This document shows, piece after piece, positions 10,024 to 19,087 of a DNA stretch of 64,000 bases (the first letter of the stretch is position 1; the number at the start of each line of letters is the position of its first letter). A model generated the notes under the pieces. That model was not told the DNA's origin, searched no databases, and saw only the letters and a program-made list of their open reading frames with translations. Position numbers and translations under genes: made by a program. Source of the stretch: Candidatus Izemoplasmatales bacterium (GTDB lineage: Bacteria > Bacillota_I > Bacilli_A > Izemoplasmatales > Hujiaoplasmataceae); assembly GCA_050949045.1 (NCBI GenBank), contig JBMNEZ010000001.1, forward strand, positions 352,001 to 416,000. Direction: 5' to 3'.

Positions 10024-10227
10024 GAAATTCGTGAGAAAATTTACAATATATTTTGAAATTATAACTATATTTCGTATTAATAAGAGAGGTAAGCAAAATT
10101 ATTAATAAATCACAAGAGCGGTTGGTAGTATTTTTAGTAAACGAGTGTGAATGTTTTCTATTATTATTCAATTTATCAATACATGTCTAATCTAAGGAAA
10201 AGTATTTGGAATAAACAAGAAACTCAG

Positions 10228-10256
10228 TTGACATCTATTTATTAGCGTTATATAAT
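10228..10256 (+). promoter_or_regulatory. Perfect consensus sigma-A promoter
   Basis: TTGACA (10228-33)-17 bp-TATAAT (10251-56) upstream of ORF 10297. Confidence 0.85.
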
Positions 10257-10296
10257 TTTTATATATAGATTATATACAGAATGAAAGGGTGAGATA

Positions 10297-11538
10297 ATGA
10301 AAAAGTTTTTTAGAAGCATCGTGATCATTTTGTCATTATTGCTTGTATCCCTGGTTGCCATCCCCTGGAACAATTTGTCTCAGTGGTGGGGGCTCACGTT
10401 CCCGTTGATGAGCGACAACGAATTATATATAAAGGGCGGAGTCGGAGGATTGATGCTGCTTTTCAGTTTGATCTTCCTGATTGTTGCCAACAAAGAGCAT
10501 AGAGAATACGGACATGTGGTGCCGGGAACAGCACAGGCCGCCTTCTTGCCGATGTTCACTTACGCGATCGCTGCTCTTATCTACCCTCTTGTTATCTATT
10601 TGTTTAGATACACCAGCGATCCTTCGGTAATCAATCTGCTCTTTTTGATCGCTGTCGGGGTCATTTTGCTCAACATCATTGTTTTCGGCCATATGCTGTC
10701 CGCCGGTTTCAGAAAACAAAGCAATTTCGGCCGGGTGATGATCTTCTTCCTGCAGTTAGAGTTGATGGCGATCGGCATGGGTGTCAGTTACTATGTGAGA
10801 ACCATGGTCGTTACTGATGCATTCTATCAGGGCATGAATACATTCTGGTACATCGCGATTCTCGCTTTCACGTTTGTTTTCGCAATCATCCATTTGATCA
10901 TCATCAAAGTCAAAAGCAAGAACCGCGCCGCGGAAAAGGAGCTTGAGGCTGAAATCGATGATCTCAAGGATATCAAGAAAATGTCTTCAAAGAAAGGCGG
11001 CAAAGGAAGCGAAGCGGTTGTTCAAACCAGACCCGATGGCAAAAAGACGATGATCGTTTCCAAGGAACAGACGATTGTATCGGGTGGACAGGACCTCGAT
11101 CCGACGAACATCCTTTACGAGGATGTCAATGTCGATCCTGAGTTCACCAAGACCCAAAACCAGGACAAGCAAGTCAATTCGATCGAGTATTATATTGAAA
11201 AACCGAAGATGTTTAAACCCCTTGACCCGACTTTTGACCAACTCGTCGGGTATGTCAGGGAACTTCCACAGGTCGTAACCAAGATCGTTGACGATAAGAT
11301 CACTTTCTATGTCGACAGGAAGCCTTTCCTTGTTCTCATGAATTATGGGAATTACTACCGGATGGCTTTCAAATACGAACTGGAAAAGGGCATCCGCTTA
11401 ATCATCAAGTATCCAACTGTTTCCAAGAACAAGAGCACGCGTGACGATCTCTGGTTCAAGGCCAATAATTACGGAGACATTCCCAAGGAGGTTGTCTATC
11501 AGATTGTCAAATCTGCATATGATAACGTCAATGCCTAA
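10297..11538 (+). CDS. Multi-pass membrane protein with C-terminal MmcQ/YjbR-like domain
   Basis: About 6 hydrophobic segments, then a charged linker, then FDQLVGYVRELP...FYVDRKPF...KYPTV...W...GDIPKEVVYQIVKSAYDNV. Confidence 0.6.
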   Translation: MKKFFRSIVIILSLLLVSLVAIPWNNLSQWWGLTFPLMSDNELYIKGGVGGLMLLFSLIFLIVANKEHREYGHVVPGTAQAAFLPMFTYAIAALIYPLVIYLFRYTSDPSVINLLFLIAVGVILLNIIVFGHMLSAGFRKQSNFGRVMIFFLQLELMAIGMGVSYYVRTMVVTDAFYQGMNTFWYIAILAFTFVFAIIHLIIIKVKSKNRAAEKELEAEIDDLKDIKKMSSKKGGKGSEAVVQTRPDGKKTMIVSKEQTIVSGGQDLDPTNILYEDVNVDPEFTKTQNQDKQVNSIEYYIEKPKMFKPLDPTFDQLVGYVRELPQVVTKIVDDKITFYVDRKPFLVLMNYGNYYRMAFKYELEKGIRLIIKYPTVSKNKSTRDDLWFKANNYGDIPKEVVYQIVKSAYDNVNA

Positions 11539-11564
11539 AAAGCAACGCTTTTGGTTGCTTTTTT
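11537..11564 (+). terminator. Intrinsic terminator
   Basis: AAAAAGCAAC...GTTGCTTTTTT hairpin. Confidence 0.7.
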
Positions 11565-11616
11565 CGTCCAAGTTGTCTTCATCAGATATTTGAAAATTAT
11601 ATGAGGTGATCGAATT

Positions 11617-12345
11617 ATGATTTTACAAGAGGTTGAAGCGCTAAAGCAGCGGGTTCGGGACAAGTTAGCAACCTTGTCCAGTGAAGCGATCAAAGCCATT
11701 ACCGATCAATTCGACAAGCAATACATCTTTGAATCGACAAGTTTTGATAACGGGGATTTCAGCTTTGAGGATGTCTGTTTTTTACTTGAGGACCATTCCC
11801 GTCAGTTTCCCGACAAAAGCGAAAACGTCCGTAAAGCGATCATCAACAATTACCATGCGATCCAGATGGTTCATCGGCTGGTTGCCGATCAAGTGCAACT
11901 GAACGAGACGATCGTCAAGGATCTCCACCAACAACTTCTCGAGGGGATGATGCCAGGAGGCGTCTATCGGACCAGAGACTTGTTTATTCTCGGGGCAAAG
12001 CATGTGCCACCTACCTATCTCAAAATCTATCAAAAAATGTCGCAGTTTTATGCCGATCTCAATGATCCGGAATTGAAGGGTCTCAAAAAAGCGGCCTTCG
12101 CCCATCTTCAGATTCTTAAAATCTATCCCTTTATGGATGCGAACGGAAGATTGGCGCGGCTTCTACTAAATTACCAGCTTGAGCTCGAGGGATTCTTGCC
12201 AGTATCGGTTTCCAAGGGGCAACGTGACGAATATTTCCGGACAATTGACGAATACAAAATCAATAAAACCATCAAGCCTTTCACCGAGTTTCTCGCCCGG
12301 CTCGAGAAAGAGCGGATCGAAAAGTTTTTGAAAGAGAGTAACTGA
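11617..12345 (+). CDS. Fic-domain protein with variant active site (YPFMDANGRLAR)
   Basis: Fic core features: LHQQLL, GGVYR, HVPP and an HPFxDGNGRxxR-like motif. Confidence 0.88.
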   Translation: MILQEVEALKQRVRDKLATLSSEAIKAITDQFDKQYIFESTSFDNGDFSFEDVCFLLEDHSRQFPDKSENVRKAIINNYHAIQMVHRLVADQVQLNETIVKDLHQQLLEGMMPGGVYRTRDLFILGAKHVPPTYLKIYQKMSQFYADLNDPELKGLKKAAFAHLQILKIYPFMDANGRLARLLLNYQLELEGFLPVSVSKGQRDEYFRTIDEYKINKTIKPFTEFLARLEKERIEKFLKESN

Positions 12346-12358
12346 TACTCTCTTTTTT
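12331..12358 (+). terminator. Intrinsic terminator overlapping the Fic stop codon
   Basis: AAAGAGAGTA-actga-TACTCTCTTT followed by a T tract. Confidence 0.7.
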
Positions 12359-12392
12359 CTGATTTATGCTAAAATACCATCAGGTGAAACAA

Positions 12393-13364
12393 ATGATTAA
12401 TGTTCGATACCCTTTCATGGAGACAAGAAGGCTCTCTTTTTATCTGGCGACTGAGGAGTATCTTGCAATAAATTTTCCACCCGAAGAATATTTCTTTTTG
12501 TGGCAGGTTAAACCTACGGTGATCTTTGGGCGCAACCAGCTGATCGAAAACGAGGTCAACCTCGATTATGTCAAAAACAACGGCATCGAGTTCTATAGGC
12601 GTAAATCCGGCGGCGGTTGTGTATATAGCGATTTCTCCAATATCATGCTTTCATTCATCTCCCCTAGCTTTAACAAGTCTTTCGTCTTTGACACTTATCT
12701 CGGGAAAGTGGTTGCCTTGCTCAAAGGGCTGGGTTTAGATGCCGAGTTTTCCGGACGCAACGACATCCTCGTAGATGGAATGAAGGTCTCCGGCAATGCT
12801 TTCTACAAGATAAGGGACAGAAGCATTGTCCACGGGACAATGCTTTTCGACACTAATCTCGAAGAGATGGTGCGGGCGATCACTCCCGACAACGAGAAAC
12901 TACTCACGAAGGGGATTGCCTCCGTTAAAAACCGCGTCACCAATCTCAAGGATCATCTGTCGATCGACATCGAGGCCTTCAAAAACTATCTAGAAAAAAG
13001 CCTCTGTGACAGGAAACTGTTCCTTGAACATTCGGAGGTCAAAAAGATCGAGGCCATCGAAAAAAGCTACCTCGACCCCGACTTCATATACGGCAAGAAT
13101 CCTGACTATACGATCATCAAAAAAAAGAAAGTCGATGCTGGACTGATTGAAGTCAGTTTTGTAATCAAAAACCAAATTGTGAAGAAAGTCAATGTTCTCG
13201 GGGATTATTTTCTAATTGGTGATCTTGATCTGATCACAAAACCGCTCCTCAACCAACCGTTCAAGAAAGCTGCCTTCGCCGCTGCTCTCAAGAACGTTAG
13301 TCTTGAGGAATGCATCTACAAGCTCACGCTAACGGATTTTCTCGAAATTGTTTTTGAAGCCTAA
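12393..13364 (+). CDS. lplA: Lipoate-protein ligase A
   Basis: RRKSGGGCVYSD, GRNDILVDGMKVSGNA, HGTMLF. Adjacent to the gcv genes. Confidence 0.92.
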   Translation: MINVRYPFMETRRLSFYLATEEYLAINFPPEEYFFLWQVKPTVIFGRNQLIENEVNLDYVKNNGIEFYRRKSGGGCVYSDFSNIMLSFISPSFNKSFVFDTYLGKVVALLKGLGLDAEFSGRNDILVDGMKVSGNAFYKIRDRSIVHGTMLFDTNLEEMVRAITPDNEKLLTKGIASVKNRVTNLKDHLSIDIEAFKNYLEKSLCDRKLFLEHSEVKKIEAIEKSYLDPDFIYGKNPDYTIIKKKKVDAGLIEVSFVIKNQIVKKVNVLGDYFLIGDLDLITKPLLNQPFKKAAFAAALKNVSLEECIYKLTLTDFLEIVFEA

Positions 13365-13403
13365 GGGCTTATGATATAATTACACTTGATAAAGGGGATT
13401 GAA

Positions 13404-14495
13404 ATGAGCGAAGCAAAGAAGACTTGTCTGTATGAGTCGCATGTCGCCCTCGGGGCGAAGATGGAAGAATATGCAGGGTATTTGATGCCGATCGTCTACA
13501 CTTCGATCGCGGATGAGCATCTAGCGGTGAGGAACGCAGTCGGGATGTTTGATGTCTCGCATATGGGTGAGATCATCATCAAGGGCAAAGACGCTTTGAA
13601 ATTTGTCGATTATGTGTTTTCTAACGAGATCGCCTCAAAGGCGATCGGCAAGATCGTCTACGGAATGCTCTTATATGAAAACGGGACGGTCGTCGACGAT
13701 CTGCTCGTTTACAAAGTATCGGATAACGAGTGTTTTCTGGTGGTCAATGCCAGCAACAAGGACAAGGATTACGAGTGGCTCTTGAAAAACAAGGATGGTT
13801 TCGACGTCGAGATCCTGAACTGTTCGGATGCGTACGCCGAGGTTGCCGTTCAGGGACCCAAGGCTGAAGCAACGCTGAACGCTCTTTTTGATCTCAAACT
13901 CGATGACCTCGCTTCCTTCACCTTTAAATTCACGAAACTTTTGGGTCGGGAAGTCATCATCTCTAGGACCGGTTACACCGGCGAGGATGGCTTTGAGATC
14001 TATGGCGATGAGAAAACCATCAAGAAGCTCTGGAAAATCCTGCTTGAAGAAAAAGTCACGCCGTGCGGTCTCGGTTGTCGGGATACTCTGCGTTTCGAGG
14101 CGGCCTTGCCGCTTTACGGCCATGAGATCTCGGATGAGATCACTCCGCTCGAGGCAGGTTTCAAGATGTTCGTCGATTTTAAGAAGCCTTCGTTTATTGG
14201 CAAAGAGCAGTTGATGAAAGATCTTGAACTTGGTCCGAAGCGCCGTTTGGTCGGGGTGGAACTGATCGAGATGGGGATTCCGAGACAAGGCTATCCCGTC
14301 TTTTCCGGGGAAGAAATCATCGGTCAAGTGACGACCGGATACTTCTCGATATCTTTGAAAAAGCCGATTGCGCTCGCCCTTGTCGCAAGCGACAAGGCGA
14401 AGATCGGCACCGAGATTACCGTCGAGATCAGAAAGAAACGCTACCGTGGGCTGATAAGAGACAAGAAGTTTCTCTTAAAGAACTATAAGAAATGA
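13404..14495 (+). CDS. gcvT: Glycine cleavage system T protein (aminomethyltransferase)
   Basis: GMFDVSHMG, SRTGYTGEDGFEI, GLGCRDTLRFEA. Confidence 0.96.
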   Translation: MSEAKKTCLYESHVALGAKMEEYAGYLMPIVYTSIADEHLAVRNAVGMFDVSHMGEIIIKGKDALKFVDYVFSNEIASKAIGKIVYGMLLYENGTVVDDLLVYKVSDNECFLVVNASNKDKDYEWLLKNKDGFDVEILNCSDAYAEVAVQGPKAEATLNALFDLKLDDLASFTFKFTKLLGREVIISRTGYTGEDGFEIYGDEKTIKKLWKILLEEKVTPCGLGCRDTLRFEAALPLYGHEISDEITPLEAGFKMFVDFKKPSFIGKEQLMKDLELGPKRRLVGVELIEMGIPRQGYPVFSGEEIIGQVTTGYFSISLKKPIALALVASDKAKIGTEITVEIRKKRYRGLIRDKKFLLKNYKK

Positions 14496-14509
14496 GAGGA
14501 GAACCGATA

Positions 14510-14890
14510 ATGAGCATCATACCAAAAGGACTATATTATTCAGATGACCACGAATGGGTCAAAGTGGTCGAGGGCAATGTCGTCTTGGTCGGCATCACCG
14601 ATTTCGCCCAACAACAGCTTGGCACGATCGTGTTTGTCGATATGCCGGAAGTCGGGGCGAAAGTCGTTTTTGAGGACGAGTTCGGCGCCGTCGAATCGAT
14701 CAAGGCCGCAAGCGATTTGTTGAGTCCGGTGACGGGAACCGTCATCGCCGTCAACGAAGATCTCGTCAGCGAACCCGAGTTGATTAATGAGGATGCCTAC
14801 AGCGCCTGGATCGTCAAGGTCGCCGTCGACGACATTAACGAACTCGATAATCTGCTCGATCCGATGAGTTACGAGAAGATTTCCAGATAG
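14510..14890 (+). CDS. gcvH: Glycine cleavage system H protein
   Basis: HEWV, VGITDFAQQQLG and lipoyl-Lys motif AVESIKAASD. Confidence 0.96.
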   Translation: MSIIPKGLYYSDDHEWVKVVEGNVVLVGITDFAQQQLGTIVFVDMPEVGAKVVFEDEFGAVESIKAASDLLSPVTGTVIAVNEDLVSEPELINEDAYSAWIVKVAVDDINELDNLLDPMSYEKISR

Positions 14891-14899
14891 GTGGGCCTG

Positions 14900-16237
14900 A
14901 TGTTCAAATATTTTCCTCATACGGATACGGATATCAGGGAGATGCTGGAAAAGATCAACGCCGGCTCCATCGATGAATTGTTCAAAGACGTCCCGAGAGA
15001 CGTCTTCTTTGGTGGCGACTACGACTTAGGAGAAGCGATGTCGGAGATCGAACTCCGAAAGCATATCCAAGACATCGCCAGCCAAAACAAAGTGTTCACG
15101 ACCTTTGCCGGGCTTGGCGTCTACGATCATTATGAGCCTTCTGTCATCAATGCCCTGATTTCGAGGCAGGAATTTTTGACTTCCTATACCCCGTATCAGC
15201 CTGAAGTGTCCCAAGGGACGCTCCAATACATCTTCGAATTCCAGTCAATGATCCAGACCCTGACTGGGATGGACGCGGCCAACGCCTCCATGTACGACGG
15301 CTCGACGGCGACCAGCGAAGCCTGTTTCATGGCCGAGGCGATCACAAGAAGAAAGAAAATCATCTGTTCGGGCACCGTCAACCCCAACACCATCGCCGTC
15401 ATCAAGACTTATCTTCATTTCAAGGGTTTGGAGTTTGTCATCGCTCCCGTCAAGGACGGCGAGACCGATCCCATCGCCTTGGCGGCTCTCGTTGACGATG
15501 ACACCGCCGCCGTTATTATCCAGAAGCCCAACTTTTTCGGAATCATCGAGGATGTTTCGCCTCTTAGCGAGATCGCGCACCAAAAAGGGGCGCTCTTAAT
15601 TGAAAACGCCGATATTTCGACATTGGCGATCTTGAAAACCCCGAGGGAGGATGGCGCCGATATCGTTGTCGGCGATTGCCAGTCTCTGGGGATGCCGATG
15701 GCATATGGCGGACCCACTGCCGGCTATATGGCGACTCTCAAGCAATATGTACGGAAACTGCCCGGCCGGATCTGCGGCATGAGCAAGGATGTTAACGGCA
15801 GACGTGCCTATGTCCTGACGCTTCAAGCGAGAGAACAGCATATCAGGAGGGAAAAGGCGAACTCGAATATTTGTTCGAATCAGTCTTTGATGGCCCTCTA
15901 CGCCACCATCTATTTGTCATTGATGGGCAAAGAGGGGCTCAAAGAAGTAAACGAGCTGTCGTATCAGGGTGCCCATTATCTCAAGGACAGGCTCGAAGAG
16001 ACAGGGAAATTCACTTTGGCTTTTGCCAAGCCTTTCTTGAAGGAGTTCGTCATGCGGACGAACCTCCCGATCGAACTGATTCAGAAAGCGCTCCTTGAAG
16101 CCGGGATCTTCGGAGCCGTTCCCTTGGAAGCCTATTCCGAGGATTATAAAGGCCTTGTCGCCTTCGCGGTCACTGAAAAGCGCACCAAGGAAGAGATCGA
16201 CAATATGTGTCGGATTCTGGGAGGTCTATCATGGTAA
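14900..16237 (+). CDS. gcvPA: Glycine dehydrogenase subunit 1
   Basis: FLTSYTPYQPEVSQG, ANASMYDG, TLQAREQHIRREKANSNICSNQ. Confidence 0.96.
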   Translation: MFKYFPHTDTDIREMLEKINAGSIDELFKDVPRDVFFGGDYDLGEAMSEIELRKHIQDIASQNKVFTTFAGLGVYDHYEPSVINALISRQEFLTSYTPYQPEVSQGTLQYIFEFQSMIQTLTGMDAANASMYDGSTATSEACFMAEAITRRKKIICSGTVNPNTIAVIKTYLHFKGLEFVIAPVKDGETDPIALAALVDDDTAAVIIQKPNFFGIIEDVSPLSEIAHQKGALLIENADISTLAILKTPREDGADIVVGDCQSLGMPMAYGGPTAGYMATLKQYVRKLPGRICGMSKDVNGRRAYVLTLQAREQHIRREKANSNICSNQSLMALYATIYLSLMGKEGLKEVNELSYQGAHYLKDRLEETGKFTLAFAKPFLKEFVMRTNLPIELIQKALLEAGIFGAVPLEAYSEDYKGLVAFAVTEKRTKEEIDNMCRILGGLSW

Positions 16238-17697
16238 AATATGACCGGTTGATCTTCGAACTTTCAGTTCCCGGACGCAAGGGCTATTCGCTGCCCAAAC
16301 CATTCGCACCCAAATACAAAATCTGTGATTTAGATCAAAACTTTCTGAGAGGAGATGAAGCCCTTCTCCCGGAAGTTTTCGAACTCGATGTCCTCAGGCA
16401 CTACACGAATCTTTCCCATAAGAACTTTGGTGTCGAGACCAACTTTTATCCGCTTGGTTCCTGCACGATGAAATACAACCCGAAGATCAATGAGGAACTC
16501 TCTATGCTTCCCGCTTTCAATCAAATCCATCCTCTTCAACCAGCCTCTTCTGTTCAAGGAAACTTGCGGATTTATAGCGAACTCGGAACGATGCTTCAGG
16601 AAATCTGCGGTCTCGATTGTTTCAGTCTCAATCCCTATGCGGGGGCGCACGGGGAACTCGTCGGGCTGATGGTGATGAAAGCCTATCACGAAAAACGGGG
16701 CGATTTTCAGCGGACGAAAGTCATCGTCCCCGATTCTGCCCACGGCACGAATCCGGCTTCGACGGCAGTTTGCGGAATGCAAGTCGTCGAGATCAAATCG
16801 ACGCCTTCGGGCAGAGTCGATCTCGAAAGCTTAAAAGCCGTTCTGTCCGACGAAATCGCCGGGATGATGCTTACCAATCCCAACACCCTCGGAATGTTTG
16901 AAAATGACATTCTGGAAATCACCAGACTCGTTCATGAGGCCGGCGGCCTGATGTATTACGACGGTGCCAATCTCAATGCGATTTTAGGCAAGGCAAGACC
17001 CGGAGACATGGGTTTTGACATCATCCATGTCAATCTTCACAAGACCTTTTCCACGCCCCATGGGGGCGGCGGTCCCGGTTCCGGTCCGGTCGGAGTCAAA
17101 GAGCATCTCTCTGTTTTTCTTCCGAATCCGCAAGTCGGTTTTTACGACGGGCACTACTTCATCAAGGAAGGGGCTGATGCGATCGGCAGGATAAGTTCTC
17201 ATTTCGGGAACTTCAAGGTCTGGCTCAAAGCCTATATCTACATCCTCACCCTCGGCAAAGAAAATCTAAAGGTTCTGGGTGGACTGGCGACACTAAATGC
17301 CAATTATGTCAAGGAAGCGCTCAAGGACGATTATCTCTCGCCGATAAAGGGCTATTCGATGCACGAATGCGTCTTTGACGGGCTCGTCGACCAAGCGAGC
17401 GGCATCAAGACGCTTGACGTTGCCAAGCGACTGCTTGATTACGGTTTCCACGCTCCCACGATCTATTTTCCGCTCCTTTTTCATCAGTCGATCATGATCG
17501 AACCGACTGAGACCGAATCGAAACAAACGCTCGACGCTTTCATCGCCGTCATGAAAAAAATCGCCCAAGAGGCGATCGAAGAACCTGAACTGCTAAGAAG
17601 CGCGCCTCATACGACACCGGTCGGTCGAATCGATGAGGTCATGGCGGCGAAAAAGATGATCATCACCTATAAAGACTATTTGGAACAAGCCAAATAA
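16231..17697 (+). CDS. gcvPB: Glycine dehydrogenase subunit 2
   Basis: YPLGSCTMKYNPK, SAHGTNPAS and PLP-Lys motif NLHKTFSTPHGGGGPG. Confidence 0.96.
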   Translation: MVKYDRLIFELSVPGRKGYSLPKPFAPKYKICDLDQNFLRGDEALLPEVFELDVLRHYTNLSHKNFGVETNFYPLGSCTMKYNPKINEELSMLPAFNQIHPLQPASSVQGNLRIYSELGTMLQEICGLDCFSLNPYAGAHGELVGLMVMKAYHEKRGDFQRTKVIVPDSAHGTNPASTAVCGMQVVEIKSTPSGRVDLESLKAVLSDEIAGMMLTNPNTLGMFENDILEITRLVHEAGGLMYYDGANLNAILGKARPGDMGFDIIHVNLHKTFSTPHGGGGPGSGPVGVKEHLSVFLPNPQVGFYDGHYFIKEGADAIGRISSHFGNFKVWLKAYIYILTLGKENLKVLGGLATLNANYVKEALKDDYLSPIKGYSMHECVFDGLVDQASGIKTLDVAKRLLDYGFHAPTIYFPLLFHQSIMIEPTETESKQTLDAFIAVMKKIAQEAIEEPELLRSAPHTTPVGRIDEVMAAKKMIITYKDYLEQAK

Positions 17698-17712
17698 CAG
17701 GAGGAAGACAAT

Positions 17713-18429
17713 ATGGATCTCGGTTTCTTCGGCATCATCGATGTTTTGATTGTCGTCGGCGTCGTCATTTTCGCCGCCATCGGCTGGAAGAAGGGTTTTC
17801 TGCTTAAGATCGTCGAGATGGCTTCAAGTGTCTTTGGCCTAGTAGCCTCGCTCTTGCTTGCCAGGCCGTTTTCTGGTGTTCTCGACAATTGGTTCGGCGA
17901 GGCGATCGATGGTAAGGTCCACGACTATCTGGTCACGAGACCGCTTTTTTCGGCCGAACTGACCGAAGTGAACGTCAGGGCGGCCTTCGCGGAGCTGAGT
18001 CTTCCCGACTATCTGGTCGACTGGATCGTCAAGGGGATCGATTTTGAAGCGGTCGGCTTGTCGATCGTTGATGCGATCCAACCGCTCATCAAGGGTCTGA
18101 TCCTGCTTGTGCTCGCATTTTTGATCTTGTTTTTTGGCTCGATCATCGTGTTCTTCTTTTTAAAGATTCTCGCGAAAATGATCACGAAGATCCCCTTCAT
18201 CAAGCAGGTCGACAAGGTGTTCGGCGTTTTGTTCGGGTTGCTTAAAATCACCGTCATCGTCTATATCCTGATGTTTCTCCTGGCCTTGGTGATTACAGTG
18301 CCCGCGATCCACGATCTGATCGGCGGTTTTCTCGCCGTCGACATGCAGCTTGACACCGACAAGTTCCGGCTTTCGAAATGGATCTATGAAAACAATGTGC
18401 TTCGGCACATTATCGATGTGTTCTTCTAG
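17713..18429 (+). CDS. CvpA (colicin V production) family membrane protein
   Basis: IDVLIV...GWKKGFL and DKVFGVLFGLLK motifs. Four TM segments. Confidence 0.8.
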   Translation: MDLGFFGIIDVLIVVGVVIFAAIGWKKGFLLKIVEMASSVFGLVASLLLARPFSGVLDNWFGEAIDGKVHDYLVTRPLFSAELTEVNVRAAFAELSLPDYLVDWIVKGIDFEAVGLSIVDAIQPLIKGLILLVLAFLILFFGSIIVFFFLKILAKMITKIPFIKQVDKVFGVLFGLLKITVIVYILMFLLALVITVPAIHDLIGGFLAVDMQLDTDKFRLSKWIYENNVLRHIIDVFF

Positions 18430-18439
18430 TTTTAAAGTC

Positions 18440-18463
18440 AGTGCGGCATCGCCGCACTTTTTT
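18440..18463 (+). terminator. Intrinsic terminator of gcv-cvpA operon
   Basis: AGTGCGGC-atc-GCCGCACT followed by TTTTT. Confidence 0.8.
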
Positions 18464-18609
18464 GTATGCTTTTTTGACCTTGGTTGTTTTTGATAATTAA
18501 GCGGCCGGAAAGTTTTCGACATTCCCAGAGTTTGGTAACTGGTTATGGCAACTCCGGAACCGAAAACCAAGATGGATATTGCAAAAAAAGATGATTTTCT
18601 ATACCGGCT

Positions 18610-19047
18610 TCAGTCATTCTTTTGTGATTTAATGTCGGTGATAATGCCTTTGGCGAAGTCGATCGCCCCTTGGATCTCTTTCTTGTTCGGATGTCCGAGA
18701 CGGAAAAACAGAAAATTGCCTAAAGAGAGATACTCATCAGCGATCACCGTTATGCCCTTTTCGCTTAACAGGCTTCTGATGGCATCCTGTTTTTGGGTGC
18801 CGCCGCAACTGGAAGTGACCAGAGCGACCTGTTTCACATTCGCCTTGTCAATTGACTCTAAATATTTAAGAAGTCCTTTGTGGCAGGCGCCGCCGTAGAT
18901 TCCGCCGACCACAAACAAGAGGTCATACCTTCCCGGTTCAGGGGCATGTTTGACGTTTTGTGGTTGGACCTTGACGGCTTCGCCGATCGCAGTCGCGATT
19001 TTGCGCGAGTGTCCCGTCAGTGAACCATAGATGATGCCGATATTCAT
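18610..19047 (-). CDS. Flavodoxin-family protein
   Basis: N-terminal FMN phosphate loop IIYGSLTGHSRKIATAI and C-terminal GHPNKKEIQGAIDFAK. Confidence 0.82.
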   Translation of the reverse strand: MNIGIIYGSLTGHSRKIATAIGEAVKVQPQNVKHAPEPGRYDLLFVVGGIYGGACHKGLLKYLESIDKANVKQVALVTSSCGGTQKQDAIRSLLSEKGITVIADEYLSLGNFLFFRLGHPNKKEIQGAIDFAKGIITDIKSQKND

Positions 19048-19087
19048 GTTTTTCCTCCGATGTTACTCAATTAATTGGATGTTGTAT

